From Candidatus Ratteibacteria bacterium (GTDB lineage Bacteria; Ratteibacteria; UBA8468; B48-G9; JAFGKM01): DNA of 64,000 nt. The notes under the pieces are model-generated. The model was not told the origin of the DNA and ran no database searches. It saw only the letters and a program-made list of their open reading frames with translations. Below are positions 18,616 through 28,028 of the stretch, in pieces. Each line of letters begins with the position of its first letter. Positions within the stretch are counted from its first letter, which is position 1. Both the position numbers and the translations under genes were made by a program. Where the stretch lies: NCBI GenBank assembly GCA_046296715.1, contig JBKBIN010000002.1:14011-78010 (forward strand), in the 5' to 3' direction.

Positions 18616-19984
18616 TCGTTAAAAATAAATTTCTTGCCTTCACTATTGTTTCTTCATATTCTTTCTCTGGTATACTATCCCAGACAATTCCACCACCAAC
18701 AGGATAATAGATTTTATTGTTTTTTATAAGTAGAGTTCTTATAAGTATGTTCAACTGTAAATTATGATTAAAGCCAAAATATCCTAAAGCCCCTGTATAA
18801 AAATTTCTCTTTGTTGGCTCAAGTTCTTCAATAATCTCCATTGCTCTTTTTTTTGGCGCACCTGTGATTGAACCACCTGGAAATGTTGCTTTAATTATAT
18901 CTTTCAAATTCACTCCTTTTTTCAATTTTCCTTCAATTGTTGATGTTGTCTGGTAAACTGTTTTATATTTTTCAAGATTTACAAGTTTTTTCACTCTTAC
19001 AGTTCCATATTCACAGATTTTGCCAAGGTCATTTCTTTCAAGGTCAACTATCATAATAAGTTCTGCTCTATCCTTTTCACTTCTAAGAAGGTCTTTTTTA
19101 GTTTTTTCATTTAAAACTGAATTATTTTCTGTCTTTCTTGTTCCTTTCATTGGTTTTGTGATAATACTTCTATCTTGTTTTTTAAGAAATAGTTCAGGAG
19201 AGTTTGAAACTAAAATAAAATCCCCAAAATTAAAATAAGCAGAATAAGGAGCAGGATTTATTTTCTCTAATCTTAAAAATAGATTAATTGGTTCAAAAAT
19301 CCCTTTTATTTCAAACCTGTGTGAAAAATTTATCTGATACACATCTCCTTCTTTTATATAATCCCTAATTTTTTTTATTGCAGAAATATAATATGAATAG
19401 CTCATATTTGAATTGAAACTTTCAATAGAAAATTTAGGTTTTGTAATTTTTAAAGAATGGGATTTATAAATAAGTTGCTTGCAAAACTTTTTTATTTCAT
19501 TAAATTTTCTATTAAAAAACTTGTCATTTTCAAAATCATAGGAAATTAAAAAAGAGTTTTTCTTTATAGTATCAAACAAAAAAATTGTATCATAAAAACA
19601 AATAAAAATATCTGGTAATTTCAAGTCATCCTTCGCAAAATCTGGAAGTTCTTCAATCTGCCATCCTAAATCATAGGCAAGATATCCAAAACCACCAGGG
19701 AGAAAAAAGTTATTTGAAGGCAGGTTAAATTTATCAAAAATTCCTTGTAATTGTTCAATAGGACAACCTTGAAATTTTTTAACTTCATTTTTTCTTATAA
19801 TCTCAATTTCCTTTTTTTTACTTTTAAAAATCAAAAATGGATCAAAACCAACAATTGTATATTTTTCTTTTTCGCTCCAGTTAACATTGATTAAAAAACT
19901 GTAAGGTAAATTATGTATTTTAGATAAAAGATTTTTTGGATTTGAATAAGGAAATTTTTCAAAAAAAAGATTAGCCATTTTCAA
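18575..19984 (-). CDS. pabB: Aminodeoxychorismate synthase component I (chorismate-binding enzyme)
   Basis: PMKGTRKT, IMIVDLERNDLGKICEYGTVRV, TGAPKKRAMEIIEELE and YTGALGYF are chorismate-binding family motifs. Paired with the pabC-like gene. Confidence 0.75.
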   Translation of the reverse strand: MKMANLFFEKFPYSNPKNLLSKIHNLPYSFLINVNWSEKEKYTIVGFDPFLIFKSKKKEIEIIRKNEVKKFQGCPIEQLQGIFDKFNLPSNNFFLPGGFGYLAYDLGWQIEELPDFAKDDLKLPDIFICFYDTIFLFDTIKKNSFLISYDFENDKFFNRKFNEIKKFCKQLIYKSHSLKITKPKFSIESFNSNMSYSYYISAIKKIRDYIKEGDVYQINFSHRFEIKGIFEPINLFLRLEKINPAPYSAYFNFGDFILVSNSPELFLKKQDRSIITKPMKGTRKTENNSVLNEKTKKDLLRSEKDRAELIMIVDLERNDLGKICEYGTVRVKKLVNLEKYKTVYQTTSTIEGKLKKGVNLKDIIKATFPGGSITGAPKKRAMEIIEELEPTKRNFYTGALGYFGFNHNLQLNILIRTLLIKNNKIYYPVGGGIVWDSIPEKEYEETIVKARNLFLTIGIDENEIRNIIV

Positions 19985-20411
19985 TTTTTTTTATTTTATT
20001 CACTCTTCTTAAATGTCTTCCTTTTATAAAAGGATTTGATATGAATTCTTTTGCAATTTCTAATGCAAGTTCCTTACCTATCAATCTTCCTCCAAGTGTT
20101 AAAACATTAGCATCATTATGCTGTCTTGCTAAAACTGCATCATATATTGTACAGCATCTTGCTGCTCTTATACCTTTAAATTTATTCGCAACTATATCCA
20201 TACCTATTCCTGTTCCACATATTAAAATACCAAATTCAATCTCTTTATTTAAGATACCCTTTACAACTTTTTCAGCATAATCGGGATAATCAACAACTTT
20301 TTTTATTTCTGGCCCATAATCAATTACATCATATCCTTCTTTTTTCAAACTATCTTTTAAATACTCCTTCAATTCAAACCCTGCATGGTCAGAACCAATC
20401 CCTATTTTCAT
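19971..20411 (-). CDS. rpiB: Ribose-5-phosphate isomerase B
   Basis: MKIGIGSDHAGFELKEYL...CGTGIGMDIVANKFKGIRAA. Confidence 0.85.
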   Translation of the reverse strand: MKIGIGSDHAGFELKEYLKDSLKKEGYDVIDYGPEIKKVVDYPDYAEKVVKGILNKEIEFGILICGTGIGMDIVANKFKGIRAARCCTIYDAVLARQHNDANVLTLGGRLIGKELALEIAKEFISNPFIKGRHLRRVNKIKKIENG

Positions 20412-20595
20412 TTTTTGCTCCTAATCTTATATTATAAAACTTTTCTAAAAATAAATAAAAACTTCCCTATATTTCAAACATTTCTAAATTGACGATTTGA
20501 AAACTCTTGTCTACCAACATTTTCCACCTTTCACCTCGTAGGTGTAAGGAGGCAGGTTTGACAGAAAAGAAGGAATTGATATCATTTATTATAAA

Positions 20596-22305
20596 ATGAA
20601 ACCAAGAGAAGAATTCCCGAGACCTGATTTTAAAAGAAATGAATGGATAAATTTAAATGGGTTGTGGGATTTTGAAATAGATACATCAAATTCAGGATTA
20701 GAAAGAAAATTTTATTTATCGGAGAAAAAATTTAAAGAAAAAATACTTGTTCCATTTCCTCCTGAAAGTAAACTGTCAGGAATTGGAAATAAAGATTTTA
20801 TGGTTTCTGTATGGTACAAAAGAAAAATTGAAATACCTGAAAAATGGAAAGATAAAAGAATATTTTTAAATTTTGGTGCAGTTGATTTTTTAACAAATGT
20901 CTGGATAAATGGAGAAAAACTTGGGACCCATATTGGTGGTTATACTCCATTTACATTTGAAATAACTGATTTTTTAAAAAGAGAAAATGAAATTGTAGTA
21001 AATGCCTATGATGACAATAGAACTTACTTACAACCATGCGGAAAACAGTCAGATAAATATAATTCATATGGATGCCGTTATACAAGAGTAACTGGAATTT
21101 GGCAAACAGTTTATCTCTATGCAACAGGTAAAAATTACATAAAAAATTTTAAACTTTATCCAAATTATGATACAGGGCAAGTTCTGTTTTTAATAAATAT
21201 AGAAGGAGAAGGGAAATTAGAAGTTGAAATATTTAAAGAAACTGAAAAAATAGATAAAAAGACTGGTTATGGAAGTGGAACTGTTTTTATTTCAACAAAA
21301 ATTAAAAACTTTATTCCTTGGGATATAGAAAATCCATTCCTTTATAATTTTAAGATCTCTCTATTCTCAAAAAATCAAAAAGAAGATGAAGTTGAATCAT
21401 ATTTTGGTTTTAGGAAATTGGAAATTAAAGGGAAAAAAATTTTATTAAATGGAAAAGTTTTATTTATGAGAATGGTTCTTGACCAGGGGTATTATCCTGA
21501 TGGAATTTATACTGCACCAGACAAACAAGATATAAAAAATGATATAAAGATAGCAAAAGATATGGGATTTAATGGAGCAAGATTACATCAAAAGGTCTTT
21601 GAACCATTATTTTTATACTGGGCTGATAAACTTGGTTATCTTGTCTGGAGTGAATATCCAAACTGGGGAATTAAAAATGGAATAAGTGATAAAAGTTTTG
21701 GAGTTTTAAGTAAAGAATGGATAGATGTTATAGAAAGAGATTTCAATCATCCTTCAATAATTGGCTGGTGTCCTTTAAATGAAACTTCTCCAAGTCAGAA
21801 TAATGAACTTGTAAGAGCCCTTTATTTAATTACAAAAAATTTAGATAAAACAAGACCAGTGATAGATACAAGTGGATATGTTCATGTTGAGACAGATATT
21901 TATGATTGCCATAATTATAAACAGGACCCTCAACAATTTAAAAAAGATTTTGAATTATTTGAGAAAGAAGATAAAATTTGGCAAAATTTCCCTCAATATG
22001 ATGCTCCATACAAAGGACAGCCATACTGGATAAGTGAATATGGTGGAATATGGTGGGATATAGAAGGAAGAGAAAATGGATGGGGATATGGAGAAAGACC
22101 AAAAACAGAAAAAGAATTTATTGAAAGATATAAAAATTTAACAGAAATCCTTTTAAATCATCCGAAAATATGTGGTTTTTGTTATACGCAACTTTATGAT
22201 ATAGAACAGGAAGTCAATGGTCTTTACACATATTTAAGAAAACCAAAATTTAAACCAGAAATAATAAGAAAAATAAATTCAAAAAAAGCAAAAATTGAAA
22301 AATGA
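20596..22305 (+). CDS. Glycoside hydrolase family 2 protein (beta-galactosidase/beta-mannosidase-like)
   Basis: [15 protein letters not shown], and the GH2 sugar-binding domain pattern [37 protein letters not shown]-barrel region [13 protein letters not shown]. Confidence 0.65.
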   Translation: MKPREEFPRPDFKRNEWINLNGLWDFEIDTSNSGLERKFYLSEKKFKEKILVPFPPESKLSGIGNKDFMVSVWYKRKIEIPEKWKDKRIFLNFGAVDFLTNVWINGEKLGTHIGGYTPFTFEITDFLKRENEIVVNAYDDNRTYLQPCGKQSDKYNSYGCRYTRVTGIWQTVYLYATGKNYIKNFKLYPNYDTGQVLFLINIEGEGKLEVEIFKETEKIDKKTGYGSGTVFISTKIKNFIPWDIENPFLYNFKISLFSKNQKEDEVESYFGFRKLEIKGKKILLNGKVLFMRMVLDQGYYPDGIYTAPDKQDIKNDIKIAKDMGFNGARLHQKVFEPLFLYWADKLGYLVWSEYPNWGIKNGISDKSFGVLSKEWIDVIERDFNHPSIIGWCPLNETSPSQNNELVRALYLITKNLDKTRPVIDTSGYVHVETDIYDCHNYKQDPQQFKKDFELFEKEDKIWQNFPQYDAPYKGQPYWISEYGGIWWDIEGRENGWGYGERPKTEKEFIERYKNLTEILLNHPKICGFCYTQLYDIEQEVNGLYTYLRKPKFKPEIIRKINSKKAKIEK

Positions 22306-22721
22306 AGTCCTATACTGAATATTTATGGTTTTGCACAGAAAAAAAAGTTGAATTTATAAATATTACTGAAAAAGTTGAAGAGATTGTTAAAAAGAGCAAA
22401 GTTAAAGAAGGGATATGTCTTGTAAATGCTATGCATATAACAGCAAGTGTTTTTATAAATGATGATGAAAAAGGACTACATTCTGATTTTATTGAATTTC
22501 TTGAAAAACTTGCTCCACATCAGCCAATTTCAAAATATAAACATAATCTAACAGGAGAAACAAATGCAGATGCACATCTAAAAAGAACAATTATGGGAAG
22601 AGAAGTAGTTGTTGCAATTACAAATGGAAAACTTGATTTAGGACCTTGGGAACAGATCTTTTATGGTGAATTTGATGGTCAGAGAAAGAAAAGAGTCCTT
22701 ATAAAAATAATAGGGGAATAA
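22302..22721 (+). CDS. yjbQ: YjbQ/UPF0047 family protein (secondary thiamine-phosphate synthase-like)
   Basis: 139 aa. The pattern ...[12 protein letters not shown]...[15 protein letters not shown]...[14 protein letters not shown] is typical of the YjbQ family. ATGA overlap with GH2. Confidence 0.75.
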   Translation: MKSYTEYLWFCTEKKVEFINITEKVEEIVKKSKVKEGICLVNAMHITASVFINDDEKGLHSDFIEFLEKLAPHQPISKYKHNLTGETNADAHLKRTIMGREVVVAITNGKLDLGPWEQIFYGEFDGQRKKRVLIKIIGE

Positions 22722-22802
22722 AAATATAAAAAATTTTCTCAAATCTTTTTTAAAACTTTTGTTTGACAATTTTATAGTATAGGGTAAAATTTATTATAAT
22801 CA

Positions 22803-23729
22803 ATGAAAAAAATTGTTGATACATTAAGGGTAGCAATAACAGATAAATGTAATTTTAATTGTGTTTACTGTTCAAGAAAATTTAATAAAGTTGATAGAAA
22901 AGAAGTTTTAAGTTACGAAGAGATATTTGAGATTGTAAGAATTTTGAGTCAAATTGGTGTTGAAAAAATAAAGATTACTGGCGGAGAACCACTTATTAGA
23001 AAAAATTTATCTTTCCTTATTAAAAAAATCTCAGAGATAAAGCAAATTAAGGATATTTCTTTAACTACAAATGGTTTTTATCTATCTGAGAAGATTGACG
23101 AACTTATAAATTCAGGTCTTAAAAGAATAAATATCAGTTTAGACACACTTGACAAAAATAAATTCAAATTTATTACAGGTTTTGATTATTTTGATAGAGT
23201 TATAGATGGAATTAAAAAGGCAAAGGATAAATTTTCAAATGTAAAATTAAATGTTGTATTGATGAAGATTAATTTTGAAGAGATATTTGATTTTGTTGAA
23301 TTTTCAAAAGAAAATGGTTTAATTTTAAGATTTATTGAACTTATGCCAGTTGATAACAATTTAAATTTCTGGAAGGAAAATTTTGTTCCTTATATAAATG
23401 CTATTGAAAAAATAAAATCTAAAACTGAAATATTCTTTTTATTCCAGGTTAGTAATACAAAATATTATTTAATAGTCAGAGATAACCTAAAAATCGGATT
23501 TATAACTTCAATGACTGAACCATTTTGTTCAGATTGTAAAAAAATAAGAATAGATGCTCTTGGAAATTTCTTTTTATGTCTTTATGGGAAGCCAGTATTA
23601 AACTTTAAAAAAGTTCTATATGAACTTGATAAGGAAGAGATTAAAAAAATTTTGATTGAAAAAATAAATTCAAAGTCATTGTCAAGGACTTATTCAAAAT
23701 TTCCAGTTATGAATTGTATTGGAGGATAA
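22803..23729 (+). CDS. moaA: GTP 3',8-cyclase MoaA (radical SAM)
   Basis: LRVAITDKCNFNCVYCS, KITGGEPL. First gene of the Moco/FDH operon. TTGACA and TATAAT boxes upstream. Confidence 0.85.
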   Translation: MKKIVDTLRVAITDKCNFNCVYCSRKFNKVDRKEVLSYEEIFEIVRILSQIGVEKIKITGGEPLIRKNLSFLIKKISEIKQIKDISLTTNGFYLSEKIDELINSGLKRINISLDTLDKNKFKFITGFDYFDRVIDGIKKAKDKFSNVKLNVVLMKINFEEIFDFVEFSKENGLILRFIELMPVDNNLNFWKENFVPYINAIEKIKSKTEIFFLFQVSNTKYYLIVRDNLKIGFITSMTEPFCSDCKKIRIDALGNFFLCLYGKPVLNFKKVLYELDKEEIKKILIEKINSKSLSRTYSKFPVMNCIGG

Positions 23730-24476
23730 ATGATTGTGAAAAAGGAAATTTTAATGTATAAAAATGGAGAGATTCACAAAATTGTTGATGAAATTATTGA
23801 AGAAAAATATTTAAGAATTTTCATAAATAATAAAGAACTGGTGATTTTAGGAATTTTACCTGAAAAAATAGAGTATTTTGTTTATGGCTTTCTTTTCACA
23901 AATGGGATTATTAAAAATATTTCAGAGATAAAAAGTTTGAAAATAACTGAAAATTTATTATGTTTTGTAGAAATAGAAAATTATGATGAATTTACATTAG
24001 GCCTTAAAAATTTAAATTCTGGCTGTGGAAGTGAATATATTTCTTTCAAAAAAGAAGAAAAAATAGAAAGTAGAATTAAAATCCAATCTGAAAAAATTTT
24101 ACAATTAAAGAACATCTTTGAAAAAATGTCAGAAATTTATAAAAAAACAGGTAGTGTTCATTCATGTGGACTTTCTGATCATGAAAATATAATAATTTTT
24201 GCTGAGGATATTTCAAGGCATAATGCTTTTGATAAAGTTATTGGTGAAACTTTGGCTAAGAATTTAGGATTTGAAGATAAAATTCTTTTTTCCTCTGGAA
24301 GGATTACAACAGATATTATTACAAAATCTATAAAAGTAAAAATTCCAATCATTGTTTCAATCTCAGCTCCAACATATTATGCTTTAAAAATAGCTGAATT
24401 CTATAATATCACAGTTATTGGATTTGCAAGAGGAAAAAGATTTAATATTTATACTCACAACTGGAGAATTATATGA
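23730..24476 (+). CDS. fdhD: Formate dehydrogenase accessory sulfurtransferase FdhD
   Basis: GSVHSCGLSDHENIIIFAEDISRHNAFDKV carries the FdhD catalytic Cys-loop and the RHNA motif. Confidence 0.8.
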   Translation: MIVKKEILMYKNGEIHKIVDEIIEEKYLRIFINNKELVILGILPEKIEYFVYGFLFTNGIIKNISEIKSLKITENLLCFVEIENYDEFTLGLKNLNSGCGSEYISFKKEEKIESRIKIQSEKILQLKNIFEKMSEIYKKTGSVHSCGLSDHENIIIFAEDISRHNAFDKVIGETLAKNLGFEDKILFSSGRITTDIITKSIKVKIPIIVSISAPTYYALKIAEFYNITVIGFARGKRFNIYTHNWRII

Positions 24477-24874
24477 TTGATATAGAAAAAAAGAAAATCA
24501 CAAGAAGAAAAGCAATAGCAGAAGGAACGATTATTCTTGATAAAAAAATTATTGAAGATATAAAAAATCAAAAAATTCCAAAAGGAGATGTTTTAAATAT
24601 TTCAAAGGCAGCTGCTCTTTTAGCAATTAAACAGACACCGCTTTTAATCCCATTTTGTCACCCAGTTAAAATAACAAAAGGAGATATAAAATTTGAAATT
24701 TTTGATGATAGAATTAAAGTTATATGTGAAGTTGAAGGAATTGATAGAACTGGTTTTGAAATAGAAGCACTTGTTGGAGTTTGCATATGCCTTCTTACAA
24801 TCTATGATATGTGTAAAATCTATAAAAAAGAAATGGAACTGGAAGGAATAAAAATAGTTAAAAAAGTAAAATGA
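24473..24874 (+). CDS. moaC: Cyclic pyranopterin monophosphate synthase MoaC
   Basis: 133 aa. KGDVLNISKAAALLAIKQTPLLIPFCHPVKIT... shows MoaC family conservation. Confidence 0.8.
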   Translation: MIDIEKKKITRRKAIAEGTIILDKKIIEDIKNQKIPKGDVLNISKAAALLAIKQTPLLIPFCHPVKITKGDIKFEIFDDRIKVICEVEGIDRTGFEIEALVGVCICLLTIYDMCKIYKKEMELEGIKIVKKVK

Positions 24875-25788
24875 AAGGGATTGTTTATTCAGTAAATATT
24901 GGAGAGAAGAAAGGAGAAATTAAAAAGAAAGTTGAATTTATTGAACTTATTACAAATTATGGAGTTAAAGGTGATTGTCATGCAGAATATGGAACAACAA
25001 GACAAGTAAGTTTATTATCATGGGAGAGAATGAATGAAGAGTTTTTTTGTTTAAAAAAAGAGGGCGACTTAAAACCAGGAATTTTTGCAGAAAATATAAC
25101 AACTCTTAAAATTGATTTGAGAAAACTTAAAGTTGGAGATAAACTGAAAATAAACGATACCTTAATAGAAATATCTCAAATTGGAAAAAACTGTCATAAA
25201 TACTGTGAAATATATAAAAAAGTTGGTAAATGTATTATGCCAAAAGAAGGAATATTTGGGAAAGTAATTAAAGGTGGGATTATAAAAGAAAAAGATATTA
25301 TTGAAGTTTTACCAAAGATTGATGTTGCTATTTTGACAATAAGTGATAGTTGTTTTGAAGGGAAAAGAAAGGATGAAAGTGGAAATTTCTTAAAGGATGT
25401 CTGTGAAGAAAATGATTGGAATGTATTAAAATATGAAATAATTCCTGATGAAAAGGAGGTAATAAAAGAAAAACTGAATCAGTTTTCAAATATATGTGAT
25501 TTAATATTAACTACTGGAGGGACAGGAATTACAAAAAGAGATCAAACGCCTGAAGCAACAAAAGAAGTAATAGAAAAAGAGATTCCAGGAGTTTCTGAGA
25601 TTTTAAGAATTAAAACATATGAAAAATCTAAATTTTCTGTTATTTCAAGAGGCATTTGCGGTATAAAAGGAAATACATTAATAATTAATTTTCCTGGGAG
25701 TTTAAATGGAGTTAAAGATTATTTTGAAGTTGCTAAAGATATTATAGTACACTTAATTGAAATGATAAGAGAGTTCCCACATGATTGA
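24871..25788 (+). CDS. Fusion protein: N-terminal MOSC domain + C-terminal MogA/MoaB molybdopterin adenylyltransferase domain
   Basis: N-terminal GVKGDCHA...RQVSLLSWE...GIFAENITTL...IGKNCHKYC is MOSC-like. C-terminal DVAILTISDSCFEGKRKDESGNFL...LILTTGGTGITKRDQTPEA has the MogA/MoaB GGTG motif. Confidence 0.7.
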   Translation: MKGIVYSVNIGEKKGEIKKKVEFIELITNYGVKGDCHAEYGTTRQVSLLSWERMNEEFFCLKKEGDLKPGIFAENITTLKIDLRKLKVGDKLKINDTLIEISQIGKNCHKYCEIYKKVGKCIMPKEGIFGKVIKGGIIKEKDIIEVLPKIDVAILTISDSCFEGKRKDESGNFLKDVCEENDWNVLKYEIIPDEKEVIKEKLNQFSNICDLILTTGGTGITKRDQTPEATKEVIEKEIPGVSEILRIKTYEKSKFSVISRGICGIKGNTLIINFPGSLNGVKDYFEVAKDIIVHLIEMIREFPHD

Positions 25789-26227
25789 AATTAAAGAGAT
25801 TATTGAAAAAATAAAAATTAAAAAATTGTCAAACATTGAAATATTACAGTTAGTTCAAGAAAAATTCGGATATGTTCCAATTGAAATATTGAATGAAATA
25901 TGTAAACAAATTGAAATACCGAAAAGTAAAATTTTTGGAGTTTTGACTTTTTATTCTCAATTTTCAACTGAAGAAAGAGGTAAATATTTAATCACAGTTT
26001 GTGATGGGACTGCTTGCCATATAAAAGGTGGTGATAAAATTATTGATATGTTAAAAAAAGATTTTAATCTTGAAGATGGAAAAACAACACAAGATAAAAA
26101 ATTTACATTACAGATTGTCAGATGTCTTGGAAGTTGTTTTCGTGCTCCTGTTTGTATGATAAATAAAAGTTATTATGGGAATATGGATGAGAAAAAAATC
26201 AAAAAAATCTTAAAAGAATTAAGATGA
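25781..26227 (+). CDS. NuoE/HoxE-like [2Fe-2S] thioredoxin-like subunit (FDH gamma / HylC-like)
   Basis: CDGTACHIKGG...RCLGSCFRAPVCMIN is the four-Cys 2Fe-2S motif of NuoE-like proteins. Confidence 0.75.
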   Translation: MIEIKEIIEKIKIKKLSNIEILQLVQEKFGYVPIEILNEICKQIEIPKSKIFGVLTFYSQFSTEERGKYLITVCDGTACHIKGGDKIIDMLKKDFNLEDGKTTQDKKFTLQIVRCLGSCFRAPVCMINKSYYGNMDEKKIKKILKELR

Positions 26228-28026
26228 AATTTAAAAATATAAACGATTTTAAAAATTATTCAGAGAGTTTAAAAGAGAGTGTTGACCAAAGTGTAAAAAT
26301 AAAAATTTGTATAACTGGTTGCAGAGTTGTAGGTGCGCTTGAAATATTTGATAAATTCAAAGAAAAAACTTTTAACTTGAAAAATGTAAAAGTTATACCA
26401 ACTGGATGTCAAAAATTTTGCTCAGGGGGGCCTGTTGTTAAAGTAGATTTTAATTCAAATTCTGTTTTATATGAGAAAGTTTCATTATTAGATGTTGATA
26501 AAATTTTAAAATCAGTAGAGAAAAAAGAAATTATTAAATCTCTTCTCATTAAAGATGTCAATTTTCTAAAAAATCAAACATTTAAAGTTTTAAAACTATG
26601 CGGAGAGATTGATCCAATTGACATTGATGATTATATAAGACATGGAGGATTTTATTCATTTATAAAGGTTATTGAAGAATATTCTCCTGAAAGGGTAATT
26701 GAAGAATTAAAAAAATCAAAATTAAGAGGAAGAGGTGGTGCTGGATTTCCAACATATTTAAAATGGGATTTAATCAAAAAACAGCAAGAAGAAATAAAAT
26801 TTTTAATATGCAATGGAGATGAAGGTGATCCAGGTGCTTTTATGGATAGGACTTTACTTGAAGGAGTCCCTTTTCAGGTTATTGAAGGAATGCTTATTGG
26901 TGGTTATACAGTAGGTGCAAAAATTGGATATTTTTATATAAGGTCTGAATATCCAATTGCAATAGAACATATTGAAAAAGCAATAAGTAAATGTTATGAA
27001 TATGGTCTTCTTGGGAAAAATATTTTAAATACTTCTTTTTCTTTTGATATTGAGATTAAAAAAGGTGCTGGAGCTTTTGTTTGTGGAGAAGAAACAGCAC
27101 TTATATCATCAATTGAAGGCAAAAGAGGTATGCCAAGACCAAGGCCTCCTTTTCCAGTTGAAAAAGGCTTATTTAATAAACCGACATGTATAAATAATGT
27201 TGAAACATTTGCCAATATTCCTTTGATCGTAAGTGAAGGGGGTGAGAATTTTTCTTCAATTGGGACTGAAAAAAGTGGTGGAACAAAGATATTTTCGCTT
27301 GCTGGAAAAATTAAAAACACAGGACTTGTTGAAGTACCACTCGGCACACCTTTATGGAAAATTATATATGAGATTGGTGGTGGGCCTTTGAAAAATAGAA
27401 AAATAAAAGGAGTTCAAACAGGAGGACCTTCAGGTGGATGTATACCTGTTGAGTATTTTAATACTCCTGTTGATTATGAAACATTTGCATCACTTGGTTC
27501 AATTATGGGTTCAGGAGGTATGATTGTTATTGATGATAAAGTTTGTGTTGTTGAATTTGCAAGATATTTTTTAAGTTTTGCTCAGCAAGAATCCTGTGGA
27601 AAATGTGTTCCTTGTAGGATTGGGACAAAAAGGATGCTTGAAATTATTGAAAAAATTACAAATGGAAATGGAACTATAGAGGATTTAGATAAACTTAAAA
27701 TACTTGGAGATTACATTAAAGATACAAGTTTATGCGGATTAGGACAAACAGCACCAAATCCAGTTTTGACAACAATTAAATATTTTGAAAATGAATATAT
27801 TGAGCATATAAAAGACAAAAAGTGCAAAGCAGGGGTTTGTAAGAATCTGTTCGTATATATTATCAATTTAGAAAAATGTGTTGGATGTGGAATATGTTTC
27901 AAAAATTGTTCTTACGGAGCAATTGAAGGAGAAAAAAATAAACCACATAAAATTAAAACTGAAAGATGTATAAAATGTGGCATTTGTTTTAATGTATGTA
28001 AATTTGGTGCAGTTGAAATAAATTAA
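26224..28026 (+). CDS. NuoF-like NAD(P)H-binding FMN/Fe-S subunit with an N-terminal thioredoxin-like domain and a C-terminal 2x[4Fe-4S] ferredoxin domain (FDH beta / HylB-HydB-like)
   Basis: GRGGAGFPTYLKWD (NADH-binding). ICNGDEGDPGAF (FMN). ESCGKCVPCRIG (4Fe-4S). C-terminal CVGCGICFKNC and CIKCGICFNVC. Confidence 0.8.
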   Translation: MKFKNINDFKNYSESLKESVDQSVKIKICITGCRVVGALEIFDKFKEKTFNLKNVKVIPTGCQKFCSGGPVVKVDFNSNSVLYEKVSLLDVDKILKSVEKKEIIKSLLIKDVNFLKNQTFKVLKLCGEIDPIDIDDYIRHGGFYSFIKVIEEYSPERVIEELKKSKLRGRGGAGFPTYLKWDLIKKQQEEIKFLICNGDEGDPGAFMDRTLLEGVPFQVIEGMLIGGYTVGAKIGYFYIRSEYPIAIEHIEKAISKCYEYGLLGKNILNTSFSFDIEIKKGAGAFVCGEETALISSIEGKRGMPRPRPPFPVEKGLFNKPTCINNVETFANIPLIVSEGGENFSSIGTEKSGGTKIFSLAGKIKNTGLVEVPLGTPLWKIIYEIGGGPLKNRKIKGVQTGGPSGGCIPVEYFNTPVDYETFASLGSIMGSGGMIVIDDKVCVVEFARYFLSFAQQESCGKCVPCRIGTKRMLEIIEKITNGNGTIEDLDKLKILGDYIKDTSLCGLGQTAPNPVLTTIKYFENEYIEHIKDKKCKAGVCKNLFVYIINLEKCVGCGICFKNCSYGAIEGEKNKPHKIKTERCIKCGICFNVCKFGAVEIN

Positions 28027-28028
28027 AA

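Noticed and set aside
20412-20595. 184-bp rpiB/GH2 divergent intergenic region as an ncRNA locus
   Set aside because: Apart from the CACCTCGTAGGTGT hairpin, which is reported separately, it is AT-rich, promoter-like sequence with no evident structure.
22722-22802. Possible Moco riboswitch upstream of moaA
   Set aside because: The intergenic region is only about 80 nt, mostly promoter-like (TTGACA ... TATAAT close to the ATG). This is too short for the roughly 140-nt Moco RNA motif, and I could not see its conserved elements.
26994-27347. 117-aa minus-strand ORF inside the nuoF-like gene, and the other short antisense ORFs in the track (11327, 11831, 14380, 14549, 14709, 15376, 16543, 17810, 18044, 18282, 19020, 20041, 27711, 27868, 28459, 29205, 29449, 29686, 30202, 32919, 33447, 34374, 34685, 34779, 35563, 35754, 35800, 39992, 40848, 44157, 48475, 49174, 50339, 51680, 52170, 53028, 54913, 56960, 61033, 61397)
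   Set aside because: All lie inside or antisense to strongly supported genes, lack SD sequences, and have the low-complexity composition expected of spurious ORFs in AT-rich DNA.
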